DNA of 61,583 nucleotides, the filler included, from Stramenopiles sp. TOSAG23-3 (Eukaryota): assembly GCA_900128585.1 (NCBI GenBank). It is 12 parts of 12 records of this genome, joined end to end, with 100 filler letters (N's around TTAATTAATTAA, not from the genome) between each part and the next. Parts side by side here need not be neighbours in the genome. Positions count along the whole stretch, not along the records: positions 10,301 to 15,344 come from LT643625.1; positions 15,445 to 20,487 come from LT643626.1; positions 20,588 to 25,630 come from LT643627.1; 9 more parts are not named here. One strand, written 5' to 3'. Made by a program: the position numbers and the translations under genes. The notes under the pieces are model-generated. The model did not search any database. It worked only from the letters and a program-made list of their open reading frames with translations, and was not told the origin of the DNA. Positions 12,535 through 21,948 of the stretch are shown in pieces (within the stretch, counting starts at the first letter, position 1; each line of letters opens with the position of its first letter).

Positions 12535-12930
12535 ATGAATTTCGTAGAGGTATACAACAGGCTTCCTCCGAAATTAGCCTTAAAGATTAGTGCAGAGTAT
12601 TTTTCAGCGCCCGATTCGGAACAGGACCGCGTATTTTTCCGTATTACTATTAATCAGACCGTCAATAAAAAGGTCTGTATTTACAGGGTAACCTTTGTAA
12701 CGATGAACAATACAGTAATTGCAACAAGTACAAGAAACTACCCACGGGAATTGGAACATTCTTTGTTGCATTGTGCTCAATCTCTGAAAACGACCCTTTT
12801 AACATCAGAGATTGAGTTCCAGACGTCTCCAACAAATTGTTGGACTGCCGGTTTAATAGGTCCCCTTACAAAAAAACAAGATCTATGTAGGGGTCTTTTT
12901 GCACCACTTTTGGTTCTATTTGATAGGTAG
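12535..12930 (+). CDS. Hypothetical protein with weak F-box-like start
   Basis: ATG-initiated 131-aa ORF; NRLPPKLALKISAEYF loosely resembles the F-box LPxEIxxKI motif. No other support. Confidence 0.3.
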   Translation: MNFVEVYNRLPPKLALKISAEYFSAPDSEQDRVFFRITINQTVNKKVCIYRVTFVTMNNTVIATSTRNYPRELEHSLLHCAQSLKTTLLTSEIEFQTSPTNCWTAGLIGPLTKKQDLCRGLFAPLLVLFDR

Positions 12931-13770
12931 AATGAACTTCGATTTTGAGTGTATTCTAATTTACCATTCAAGTATAAATTATGTGATAGCGCGGGATAGT
13001 GGAAAATGGAAATTTCGCTGGTTTAAGGTGTAATAGTGCAATAGTGCATATATATAAATAAAAAAAAACGTTTTGTCGCTATTAACCCTATATTAATTTA
13101 AGGTTTTTATCCTCCGGACAAAAATAATAATAATCAAATTATTTTCTCTGTTCTATTGATACTCTACATAATTAAAGTAAATAAACAAGGCATTTAATAG
13201 TCGCTAAAAATACCGAAGGAGGACCACTTCAAAATGAGATAGTTCAATAATTCCTTACAATACACATAAATTTATTATTACTACCATCGCTTTATACTTA
13301 TTTATGTCTTTCTAACCCTAATTATTTAAGGGTCATTTTCGACTCATCAATCAAAATTGGTGTCCTTTTGCCGGATGTTGCTGTGTAATGTTTCTCTGCA
13401 CCAGGAATTTCCTTTTTTTGTGTTTAATTGTTGCTACACACCGGCTAGTTATATCTTTGGTAAACCAGCCTAATTGATATTTAGCAAAACACAGCATTAA
13501 AACTGCTTTAAAAAGTTATCCAAAACTATACAAAACGTCTCCCAAGAGGATAATTTAGCGCACACAACAAACAACAATCTGCGGAGAGAGGGCCGCAGGC
13601 CGCAGCTGCCGAAGAGACAAAAAAAAAAGTAGACGACTAAAATCTCATCGGTTTTCGGTGCAAACCCATATTTATATTACTTTGTAAACTATCGTAACGA
13701 GAAATCAGCGGCGTCAATCTGAGACAGCCATCGCGGATTAAAAAAGCAATTTTTGATCACTGCAGCTATA

Positions 13771-15159
13771 ATGCTGATTTTTCTGGGGAAAAAAAACTTG
13801 ACAAGTTATTTAGAACGACGACGCCCCCGTTTCTGGATCCGGTATTTTTGTAACAAGATCTTGCCACCACAGCCTCGTTTTTGCAATCACCGCCGAGTGG
13901 TAGTTACTGGTCTTGGAACAGTGAATCCCTTAGGTCATGATGTGCATTCAAGTTGGTCAGAACTGCTTTCAGGCAAAAGTGCTGTAGAAATAGTGCCAGA
14001 ATTTGTTGAGTCGGATTTACCTGTTCGCATCGGCGCACGTGCGAGTCGCGGAAGAGGTCGATGGAAACTTGATAACTTCCTGGTAAATAAAAGTGTTGAA
14101 AGTGTTGATTTTATCGCATTCGCAATGGCGGCAGCCACCGAAGCTCTCACCGATGCAAAGTGGTTCCCGAAAACAGCATCAGAGAAAAACCGGACAGGGA
14201 TAACCCTCGGAGCTGGAGTCGGTTCGTTAGAGGAAATTCAGAAAGCTACAACTATATTAAATAACGAGCACGGAGTCAGGCGACTGAGTCCGTACTTTCT
14301 GACACGGACCTTAATTAATTTAGCTGCTGGTAGTGTAAGTATAAAATTTGGTTTAAGGGGGCCAAATCACAGCTGCACAACAGCCTGTGCGACTGGTGCA
14401 CATTCTATCGGTGATGCCTTCAGATTTATTTGTTTTGGTGATGCCGACGTGATGGTTGCCGGTGGAACAGAGTCTTCTATAAATAAACTCTCTGTCGCTG
14501 GGTTTTCAAGGATAAAAGCACTAACCTCGGCTTATAATAATAACCCAAAAATAGCATCCCGCCCGTTTGACTCTGATCGTACCGGATTTGTTCTGGGCGA
14601 AGGTGCCGGCGTTTTGGTTTTAGAAGAGTACGAACACGCGAGAAACCGTGGAGCAAAAATATACGCAGAAGTCAGGGGTTACGGTTTATCAGGTGATTCT
14701 CATCATGTGACTGCACCTTGTGCTGATGGTGATGGAGCGTACCGTGCTATGGAATCGGCACTAAGACAAGCAGGGCTATTGCCCAATCACATTGATTATG
14801 TTAATGCGCATGCAACATCAACACCAATTGGAGACATAGTAGAGTGCATAGCATTGCGCCGTTTGTTTTACCAAGGTGCCAGCCTTTCAGGAGAAGGTGT
14901 CGCCATTTCTTCAACAAAAGGTGCAACAGGGCACCTTTTGGGAGCTGCTGGAGCTGTGGAAGCTATATTTTCAATTTTGGCCATTCACAACAATATTCTG
15001 CCAGCAACTGTCAACTTATTTTCCATCGATGAAAAGGCTAAAGATTTAAATATTATCCCGCATGGACCATGTGTTGAAAAAGATTGCAAGGTTGTTATGA
15101 CAAATTCTTTTGGTTTTGGGGGTACTAACTGTTCTCTGATATTTGCTGAGATGGAGTAA
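13771..15159 (+). CDS. OXSM: 3-oxoacyl-ACP synthase II, mitochondrial type (FabF/OXSM)
   Basis: RRVVVTGLG, catalytic TACATG, SRPFD..R.GFV.GEG, YVNAHATSTP.GD, STKGATGHLLGAAG, NSFGFGGTN; N-terminal extension consistent with targeting. Confidence 0.95.
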   Translation: MLIFLGKKNLTSYLERRRPRFWIRYFCNKILPPQPRFCNHRRVVVTGLGTVNPLGHDVHSSWSELLSGKSAVEIVPEFVESDLPVRIGARASRGRGRWKLDNFLVNKSVESVDFIAFAMAAATEALTDAKWFPKTASEKNRTGITLGAGVGSLEEIQKATTILNNEHGVRRLSPYFLTRTLINLAAGSVSIKFGLRGPNHSCTTACATGAHSIGDAFRFICFGDADVMVAGGTESSINKLSVAGFSRIKALTSAYNNNPKIASRPFDSDRTGFVLGEGAGVLVLEEYEHARNRGAKIYAEVRGYGLSGDSHHVTAPCADGDGAYRAMESALRQAGLLPNHIDYVNAHATSTPIGDIVECIALRRLFYQGASLSGEGVAISSTKGATGHLLGAAGAVEAIFSILAIHNNILPATVNLFSIDEKAKDLNIIPHGPCVEKDCKVVMTNSFGFGGTNCSLIFAEME

Positions 15160-15944
15160 TAATATTTTTTTAAAAACCTAATTCAGTTTTATCTAAATAT
15201 TAAAAAAACCAAAATATATAGTATGTAAATATTATACACGCTAAAGTAAATTTTTCAATTTGATGAATTCATTGAGCAGTACCACAGACAACGAGCCCCT
15301 TTAAAACATTTATGCCGCTGTGTACTTTTAAGACCAATCAATTGNNNNNNNNNNNNNNNNNNNNNNNNNNNNNNNNNNNNNNNNNNNNTTAATTAATTAA
15401 NNNNNNNNNNNNNNNNNNNNNNNNNNNNNNNNNNNNNNNNNNNNGCTTTAATATAAAGAAGGAAGGAGGAAGGAAGAAGGAGTATGGATCAACGAACAGA
15501 AGTAAAGAAAGAAAGAAGAGAATATTCTAATTATTCAATAGGAGGAAGGACATGGCATGGCATGGTATCCCATATACTTTGTATACTAAATTAATATACA
15601 ATTGGATATTTGTTCCTATGTGTTTTTATATTGTACTTAAAAAAATGTAGACTAGTAATATTTAGATAGGGTCCTTGGAAACCTTGATTTGGGTGATTCT
15701 ATGCTATTTTGGGTGACTTAATTGTATTCACCCTATTTGAACTTCCCTCCTTGATTTAATACCTTATTATTAACACTATCTATTGTCTTGATCTCAATAC
15801 CCTATTTCTATTCTGATCTCTAACCCTACCCCTCCCTCCTCTCTCCTCTCTTTTAAATACCCAAAGTGGTATTATAAAGTATAAATAATGTAAAAACAGA
15901 AGAAGACATTATTGAAGAAGGAAGGAAAGAAGAAGGAATGAAAA

Positions 15945-16112
15945 GGAGGAGAGAAGAGAGAAGAAGAGAGAAGAAGAGAGAAGAAGAGAGAAGAAGAGAG
16001 AAGAAGAGAGAAGAAGAGAGAAGAAGAGAGAGAAATATAGAAGAAAAAAAGAAAAGAAGAAGAAGAAGAAGAAGAAGAAAGAAGAAGAAGAAGAAGAAGA
16101 AGAAGAAGAAGA
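15945..16112 (+). repeat. Purine-rich microsatellite: (AAGAAGAGAG)n then (GAA)n
   Basis: Direct reading; it generates the spurious K/R/E ORF 15938-16330. Confidence 0.95.
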
Positions 16113-16577
16113 AAAAAATAATATTTTTTTATTTTTTTTTATTAAAAAAAAGGGACACGATGATCGATGAGAACGAGGACACAGGGAGGAAGAAGAAGAA
16201 GAGGAAGGAAAATAATAATAAATGGAATGAAAGTAAACGTTATTATTATTATTACTACTACAGTTTAAATGTATTCATTAATGTACAAACAAAAAAGGAA
16301 GAAAGAAAGAACGTAAGATTGAATAGGTGAACAAGTGAGAGAACAGACGACGCAAAACAATCGATTGGTTAGCATTAGATATATTCAACGGAACACAAAC
16401 CCAATCCACCCATTCGTGTTTCCAATGACTCGAACGAAGGAAGGGGTTGCCCTTTTTGGGAGGCAGCACACGCAAACGGAGACGCGCCGCCCAGGTCCCT
16501 CCCCCGCCTCCACCCACCAACGTCGTCGTCCACGCCGCATTTTTCACACCGTCGCGGCATCGTGGGCGTACGTGCAC

Positions 16578-17495
16578 ATGTTCCTATACCTGGCCGTAGC
16601 CGCCGTGGCGCTGCTGGCGACCCCCACGTTGGGTTCCTCGGACGTTTCTGTCCAGGCGACTGGGGTCGCGCGGTCCTGCAAGACCGGCATGGACGCGTTT
16701 TGTAAGTGCCGGGGAAACTTGGAGAAAAAGAACCCCAAACTTTGTAAAGATATAGTAAAGCAGTGCCGGAAAAGCTTCTGCCGCCCCCTGTGCCTCAGGA
16801 TGGCGTGGACCACGCGCATCCAGATCCACTGCGAGCTAGCACCGGAGTGGACCGAGTGCCGAGCGTTTAGAGAGCAGGTCATCAAGGCGGAGGAGGCCAT
16901 TCAGACGCACTTTCAGGCGCACGTGTGCTCGGCCCGGGAAATGGGCTGCTGCCACAACGAGACCAAGCTCCTGAACCACGTGGAAAATAGACACTACGCC
17001 GACACCTACCCCGTCGGAAAACTCCCGGTGGCCATGTGCCGAACCTACGAGGAGCGCGACGCCCACGATATCCTAGGCCTCGAGCACCGGTTTGCGAAGA
17101 AGAACCACCGCGTCAGCGTCGAGGACCTGCTCGCCCGGGACAAGACCGAGAAGGAGAACAAGAAGTCCAATCACACCCGGGCCCAGCTCTGCGACCTGTG
17201 CGAGCGGGTCATCCACACGGAGGTCATCACGAACGAGGACACCACCTGCATCCCCCCCCGCTCGACGCTGAAAAAGGTCATGCCCAACAGCCTCCACGAA
17301 CGGTGCCTCTTCATGGCCGACATGGTGGGGAACATGAAAGAGCGGTTGGCCCACGAGCTGCGGGAAAACGTCTGCTCCTGCGTCGGCTGCTGCGACGGCG
17401 GCTGCTACTACTCCCGGGCCGAGCACAAGCCCTGGCTCATGGACTTGGTCGAAAAGTTGACAAAGAAACACACCAAGGACAAAATGTTCTTGTAA
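16578..17495 (+). CDS. Secreted cysteine-rich protein with two saposin-like repeats
   Basis: Signal peptide MFLYLAVAAVALLATPTLG; two units ending HVCSAREMGCC and NVCSCVGCC, the second beginning LCDLCERVI; GC-rich coding-like composition. Confidence 0.7.
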   Translation: MFLYLAVAAVALLATPTLGSSDVSVQATGVARSCKTGMDAFCKCRGNLEKKNPKLCKDIVKQCRKSFCRPLCLRMAWTTRIQIHCELAPEWTECRAFREQVIKAEEAIQTHFQAHVCSAREMGCCHNETKLLNHVENRHYADTYPVGKLPVAMCRTYEERDAHDILGLEHRFAKKNHRVSVEDLLARDKTEKENKKSNHTRAQLCDLCERVIHTEVITNEDTTCIPPRSTLKKVMPNSLHERCLFMADMVGNMKERLAHELRENVCSCVGCCDGGCYYSRAEHKPWLMDLVEKLTKKHTKDKMFL

Positions 17496-17781
17496 CGCGG
17501 AGGTGGGGCTGGAAGAGAGAAAGGACCAAGAGAAAGTGGGGGACGGAATTGGGGCGCTGACAAAACTTGTTAAAAAAGATGTGCATGTTGTGTAGATTAA
17601 TGATAAGATATGACAAACGATGTTTAAAGTTGGCAGAGAGAGAGATGTGCATAATTTCTAAAAACTATACAGTTTTAAAATCTTTTCTTGGTATTTAAAA
17701 GCTTAAGAATTAGCGCATGCGCCGTGCGTGCGCACCATTCTTGCAGTGCGGCCGCCCGACCGTTAACTTGTCTCTTCTCTT

Positions 17782-19494
17782 CTAATCGATGTACCCCGAG
17801 CCCATCCCCTCTTGGACCCATTTCACAAAGCCCCCGGCCTTCTGCTTCTCCACGCTCCCGTAAAAGGCGTCGTCAGACATGGTGTCGAACCCTTCGGGAA
17901 GCAAGGGGCTCAGCAGTTGCCCTTGCAGCAGGCCCCGCAAGATAACGTGCAGCACCCTGTTCGGGGTGTACGCCGGGGTCATGTGCCCCGCGCTCCGGAC
18001 GGTAACAAACGACAAGGTCGCCGGGCTCCCGGTGTCAAAATTTCGATGGAACCCGCCGATTTGCGGCCCGGCGTTTCGAAAGTGGAGCGTTTGCCCCCAC
18101 GCCGTTGGCTTGTTCACCAACGTTTCCGCGTCCGTCCCGGTCGAGTTGAAGAACCAAGGGCGGCGGTACCCCCCCGGTACTTCCAAAAACCCGAACGATT
18201 CCACGGCGCTTTCCGTGCCGTGCAGGCCGACGACCGGGTCAATGTCGCCGCTGCTGACGATGCACGTACGCAAATTCGACGCACTCTTCCGGCCGTGGCC
18301 GCTCTGCGCGAATATCTCTCGCCACACGTCGACCATCGATTTCATCGTTGCGTTGGCGTCGTCATTGCACGCAGCGTACTCCAGGTGGTACTGGTCGTAC
18401 CCGTTGTTCCCTATCCCCAAGTGGTACACTTTGTTCGGGCTCGCCGTGGCGTGCAGCGCTTCCCGCACGTCGCTGCGCCCAATGTAACCTTCCATGTCGG
18501 CGCCACCGGACGGGCCGAACGCGTTCAACGGGTCGACGTACAGCGGCAGGTTGAAAATGCCAGCAGGGTGCACCGCGTCGCCGATCCCAGCCAGCGCAAC
18601 GTCGTACAGGCGCCACGCTTTTCTGCACGCGTCGCTGTCCGTACGGCGCACGAGGTCCCCGACCTTCGTGCGCCCGTTCGCACAGGACCCGACGAGCACG
18701 TCGTGCGTTCCCTTCGAAATCAACGCCTTCTCGTACGCAAACTGCACCCCAAGGTCCAGCCAGCCGTACTGGGCCGAGTTGCTCGTGCACGGGTCCGTCG
18801 CCCAGAGCCCGCTCAGGTTCGCGATGCTGGTGTCCTCGAACGCGTCCAGCAGCGCGGCGGCCAGGGTGGGAATGTACACCCCCGCGTAACTCTCCCCCGC
18901 CAAGTACAGCGGGCGCCCTTGGTACTCTGGGAACAGCGCCGGCTCGCCGTCCGCGGTGCCCTCCAGGAAGGCTTTCAGAAAACGAACGTTTTGCTGCGCC
19001 ACCGACGTGTCGCTCGCGCTGCACGGGCTGCACGAGCTGGAGTTCTGCGGGCACGAGGCGTCCGGGTCGGAGCTATTGTTGCAGTACGAGAACCCAATCC
19101 CGGGCGCGAACTCGACGTACAGAACGTTTGCTACTTTGTTCCACGCGTACGGGTTTTTCATCAACGTGTTGTCCTCCGTCAAAAGCAAGGGGCCGTTTTC
19201 ACCAAACAGCCCGGCAAACGACGACGCCCCTGGCCCGCCGTTGAACCACCACACCAAAGGCTTGTCTTTCGCGCTGGCCTCGGCTTCTACCAGCATGTAG
19301 AATAAGTTCGTATCCGTCCCTGCGTCAACCGTTACAAACCCAGTGAATATGTTCTCCGCCGGCAACGCCCCTCCAGAATACCCGGGAAGCGACTCGACCC
19401 GTTCCTTCGTGTTCTTTGCACTTGCACAGGAGGGGGAGGACAAAAAAAGTGCGAGAAGAAGGGCAACATAACACCCTCTGAAAAGTGTCGACAT
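17782..19494 (-). CDS. Secreted serine carboxypeptidase, peptidase S10 family
   Basis: Signal peptide; NLFYMLVEA, WFNGGPGASS, ENGP, NPYAWNKVANVLYVE, catalytic GESYAG, GDIDPVV, AGHM. Confidence 0.95.
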   Translation of the reverse strand: MSTLFRGCYVALLLALFLSSPSCASAKNTKERVESLPGYSGGALPAENIFTGFVTVDAGTDTNLFYMLVEAEASAKDKPLVWWFNGGPGASSFAGLFGENGPLLLTEDNTLMKNPYAWNKVANVLYVEFAPGIGFSYCNNSSDPDASCPQNSSSCSPCSASDTSVAQQNVRFLKAFLEGTADGEPALFPEYQGRPLYLAGESYAGVYIPTLAAALLDAFEDTSIANLSGLWATDPCTSNSAQYGWLDLGVQFAYEKALISKGTHDVLVGSCANGRTKVGDLVRRTDSDACRKAWRLYDVALAGIGDAVHPAGIFNLPLYVDPLNAFGPSGGADMEGYIGRSDVREALHATASPNKVYHLGIGNNGYDQYHLEYAACNDDANATMKSMVDVWREIFAQSGHGRKSASNLRTCIVSSGDIDPVVGLHGTESAVESFGFLEVPGGYRRPWFFNSTGTDAETLVNKPTAWGQTLHFRNAGPQIGGFHRNFDTGSPATLSFVTVRSAGHMTPAYTPNRVLHVILRGLLQGQLLSPLLPEGFDTMSDDAFYGSVEKQKAGGFVKWVQEGMGSGYID

Positions 19495-20128
19495 CGTAGG
19501 CGTGGTGGTCGCAATGGTAACGGCGAACAAGATTTGGGTAAAGTAAATACGTTCCGCTCGTTCCTTTCTAATGATGATTAAGTGACTTCCGTGCCTATCT
19601 ACCAACGCCCTCCAACTATTCTTACGTTGATCTTTTTGAGATACCTGTAATCTGTAATCCCAACCACACTCTTGTTAATATTATTTCAAAAAATAAGAAA
19701 AGAAGGAGGATCGAACGGGGGAGGAGAACGAGAATACATAATAATAATAAGCAAATTGTCCGACGAGCTCTATGAGCAAGAAAAACAGGACCGCGATTTG
19801 GCAATGTTCTGAGCAAGAAACATGCGAAGAAGTGAAGCGAGGTCTTTTTTTTCGTCGAAGAATAATAATAAAAAAAATGTCGTAAGATTTGTTTCATAAA
19901 TAAACGTTTGTAACTTTAAAAAAACAAACAAATATAGTCTTTTATATGATAGTGTGTTGATATTATTATTATATACATTTATATGTACTACTTTATGGTT
20001 GTACGTACAATCCAATTTTAATTATAAAAAAAGAATATTAATAAAAGTATATCATAAATATACCACCTGTGTTATTATTTAAAATAAATAATAAAAAAAT
20101 AAAAAAAAGAGAATATTAAAAAGTATAT

Positions 20129-20485
20129 TCACAATGCTTTAAGGGCTTTTTTGGACCATTGTTGAATTGTGGCATGGTTTGGATAGGTTGATTTGGCATA
20201 TTCAAGTTGTTCTTTTCCTTTTATGATTTTAGGATGAGCGGATTTTAAATCAACCATCCAGTACAGGACAAAACAACCGTATTCTTGAACTCCTTCGTTC
20301 CCTGGGTGCCGTTTCAACGCTTCAATGGCAACTTCAATTCCACCCTTTTCAGCAATTTTCACTTCGTTGTCAGGGTTTGCTGCCAGTTTTCCAAGCATGT
20401 AAAACCCGCATTCCTGAACTCTTGCCACCCCTGGGTGCCGTTTCAACGCTTCAATGGCAAGTTCAATTCCACCCTTTTCGGCAAT
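20129..20485 (-). CDS. Armadillo-repeat protein, C-terminal fragment
   Basis: 43-aa repeat IAEKGGIExAIEALKRHPG...VQE.G; near-identical DNA repeat offset by 129 bp (from 20301 and 20430); truncated by the contig end. Confidence 0.8.
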   Translation of the reverse strand: MAEKGGIELAIEALKRHPGVARVQECGFYMLGKLAANPDNEVKIAEKGGIEVAIEALKRHPGNEGVQEYGCFVLYWMVDLKSAHPKIIKGKEQLEYAKSTYPNHATIQQWSKKALKAL

Positions 20486-21213
20486 TTNNNNNNNNNNNNN
20501 NNNNNNNNNNNNNNNNNNNNNNNNNNNNNNNTTAATTAATTAANNNNNNNNNNNNNNNNNNNNNNNNNNNNNNNNNNNNNNNNNNNNAACCTACTAGTAA
20601 GCTTATATGTTTTGATTGATAAGAAGATGTGTGTTCGGTGTATAAGTTCACTTCTGCCATCATATTCTTAAACAAAAAAAATCCAATTCATTCAAGTATC
20701 ACCACTACGTACGGTATAATACCGGTACCAGGTACAGGAACAGGAAAAATACTAATAATAGAAGGGGGGGGCACGTACTACCCGGCAATAAATATCGGAA
20801 GAACAAATATTACGAAAAATCTCATATAATATAATAATAGTAGAAGAAGAAGAAAACGAATTTTTAGCATTTTATTATTTTTATTATATTAAAATAATCT
20901 CATGAATGTGGGAATCATTATTAATAATGATTCCAAAACAACAATATATACAAAACACTCCGAGTTGACATATTAATGTTGTCCCTGCAATTACGAAAGC
21001 GAATTGAGTTAAAGAAAACATTTCGGTCTAAATTCCAATCGGTGTTGAAAGTAAATTATTATTTTTTAAAATTTACAATAATGGCAACCCGAGGGCTTTA
21101 TCCACCCAGCGGGTCTGGGAGAGATTTGTACATGTAAGTATTGAAGGCAAACTGCAAAACCCATCCCACACAGATTAACTAACAATATAGATTTCATAAA
21201 CAGGAATCCAAGT

Positions 21214-21642
21214 GTGACTGTACCCATAAAAAAATTCAGCGAAAAACCCCCAAAATCTAATAGTGTCATTTTAGTTTCTCGAACAGACCCACCACCTAGA
21301 TATTTTCCTAATGGCGGTGGCCGCGATTTGTTTAATATTGCCGAGGGGAGTATAAGTACTTCGGTAAGGGGGCAAAAGCAAGTTCCTTGTGGAATCATGT
21401 CTAGGAAACTTCCTGAAACACTGAGCAGAAAAAATAAACAGAGTCCCGAACAGAAAAAAAGAAAATACATCCTGCAAAAACAATATTCTACAGACTTGTC
21501 ATCGTCTGGAGCAAAACACTCCTCAAAAAGTCCTCCCCGCTCTCCAAAAAGACACCCAATTTCGCATTTCTCGCCTCTGGCGTTAAAAGTAGACCGCTCT
21601 GTGATGAAGAAAATGATGAAAGTCGATCCCAAGTGGAAATAA
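21214..21642 (+). CDS. Possible basic, Ser/Pro-rich hypothetical protein or terminal exon
   Basis: 142-codon open frame, more GC-rich than flanks, non-ATG start, no recognisable motif. Confidence 0.25.
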   Translation: MTVPIKKFSEKPPKSNSVILVSRTDPPPRYFPNGGGRDLFNIAEGSISTSVRGQKQVPCGIMSRKLPETLSRKNKQSPEQKKRKYILQKQYSTDLSSSGAKHSSKSPPRSPKRHPISHFSPLALKVDRSVMKKMMKVDPKWK

Positions 21643-21694
21643 AAAGGTTTTTAAAGTTATTAGCTTGATATGGTTTAAATGATATAATCTAAAA

Positions 21695-21858
21695 CAAGAA
21701 AATTGGCTGTTATTTAAGTTAATTAAATTAATGTACTACTGCGAACTGAAATCTAGATTTAGACATTCTATAGGTTTACATTTCCTTCATGAACTGCGAG
21801 CTTATCTTTGCTCTTTTGGTCTTACTAATCGATATACCCTTGTCACTTAGTCTTGACT
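21695..21858 (+). mobile_element. Dispersed repeat / MITE-like family copy
   Basis: Starts CAAGAAAATTGGCTGTTATTTAAG; shares ATTAATGTACT..GCGAACTGAA with the copy at 32249, and AGGTTTACATT(T)CCTTCATG and CCTTGTCACTTAGTCTTGACT with 41300-41501. Confidence 0.65.
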
Positions 21859-21948
21859 ATCATTCTCAGATGTACTCCATTTATGTCCACATGACCTATA
21901 ACCAACGATGATATAATCTAAATAACAGCATATACGCGCCTCCATTTT

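Noticed and set aside
13083..13320. TAACCCTA / TTAGGG motifs as telomeric arrays (also near 15821 and 46141)
   Set aside because: Isolated single units, not tandem.
15938..16330. K/R/E-rich ORF (likewise 43157-43393 and 31323-31553)
   Set aside because: Translations of GAA/CTT microsatellites.
17812..19305. 497-aa plus-strand ORF and other overlapping ORFs opposite the carboxypeptidase
   Set aside because: Shadow ORFs of a GC-rich gene; the same applies to ORFs overlapping the kinesin, IPT protein, GH20 and methyltransferase genes.
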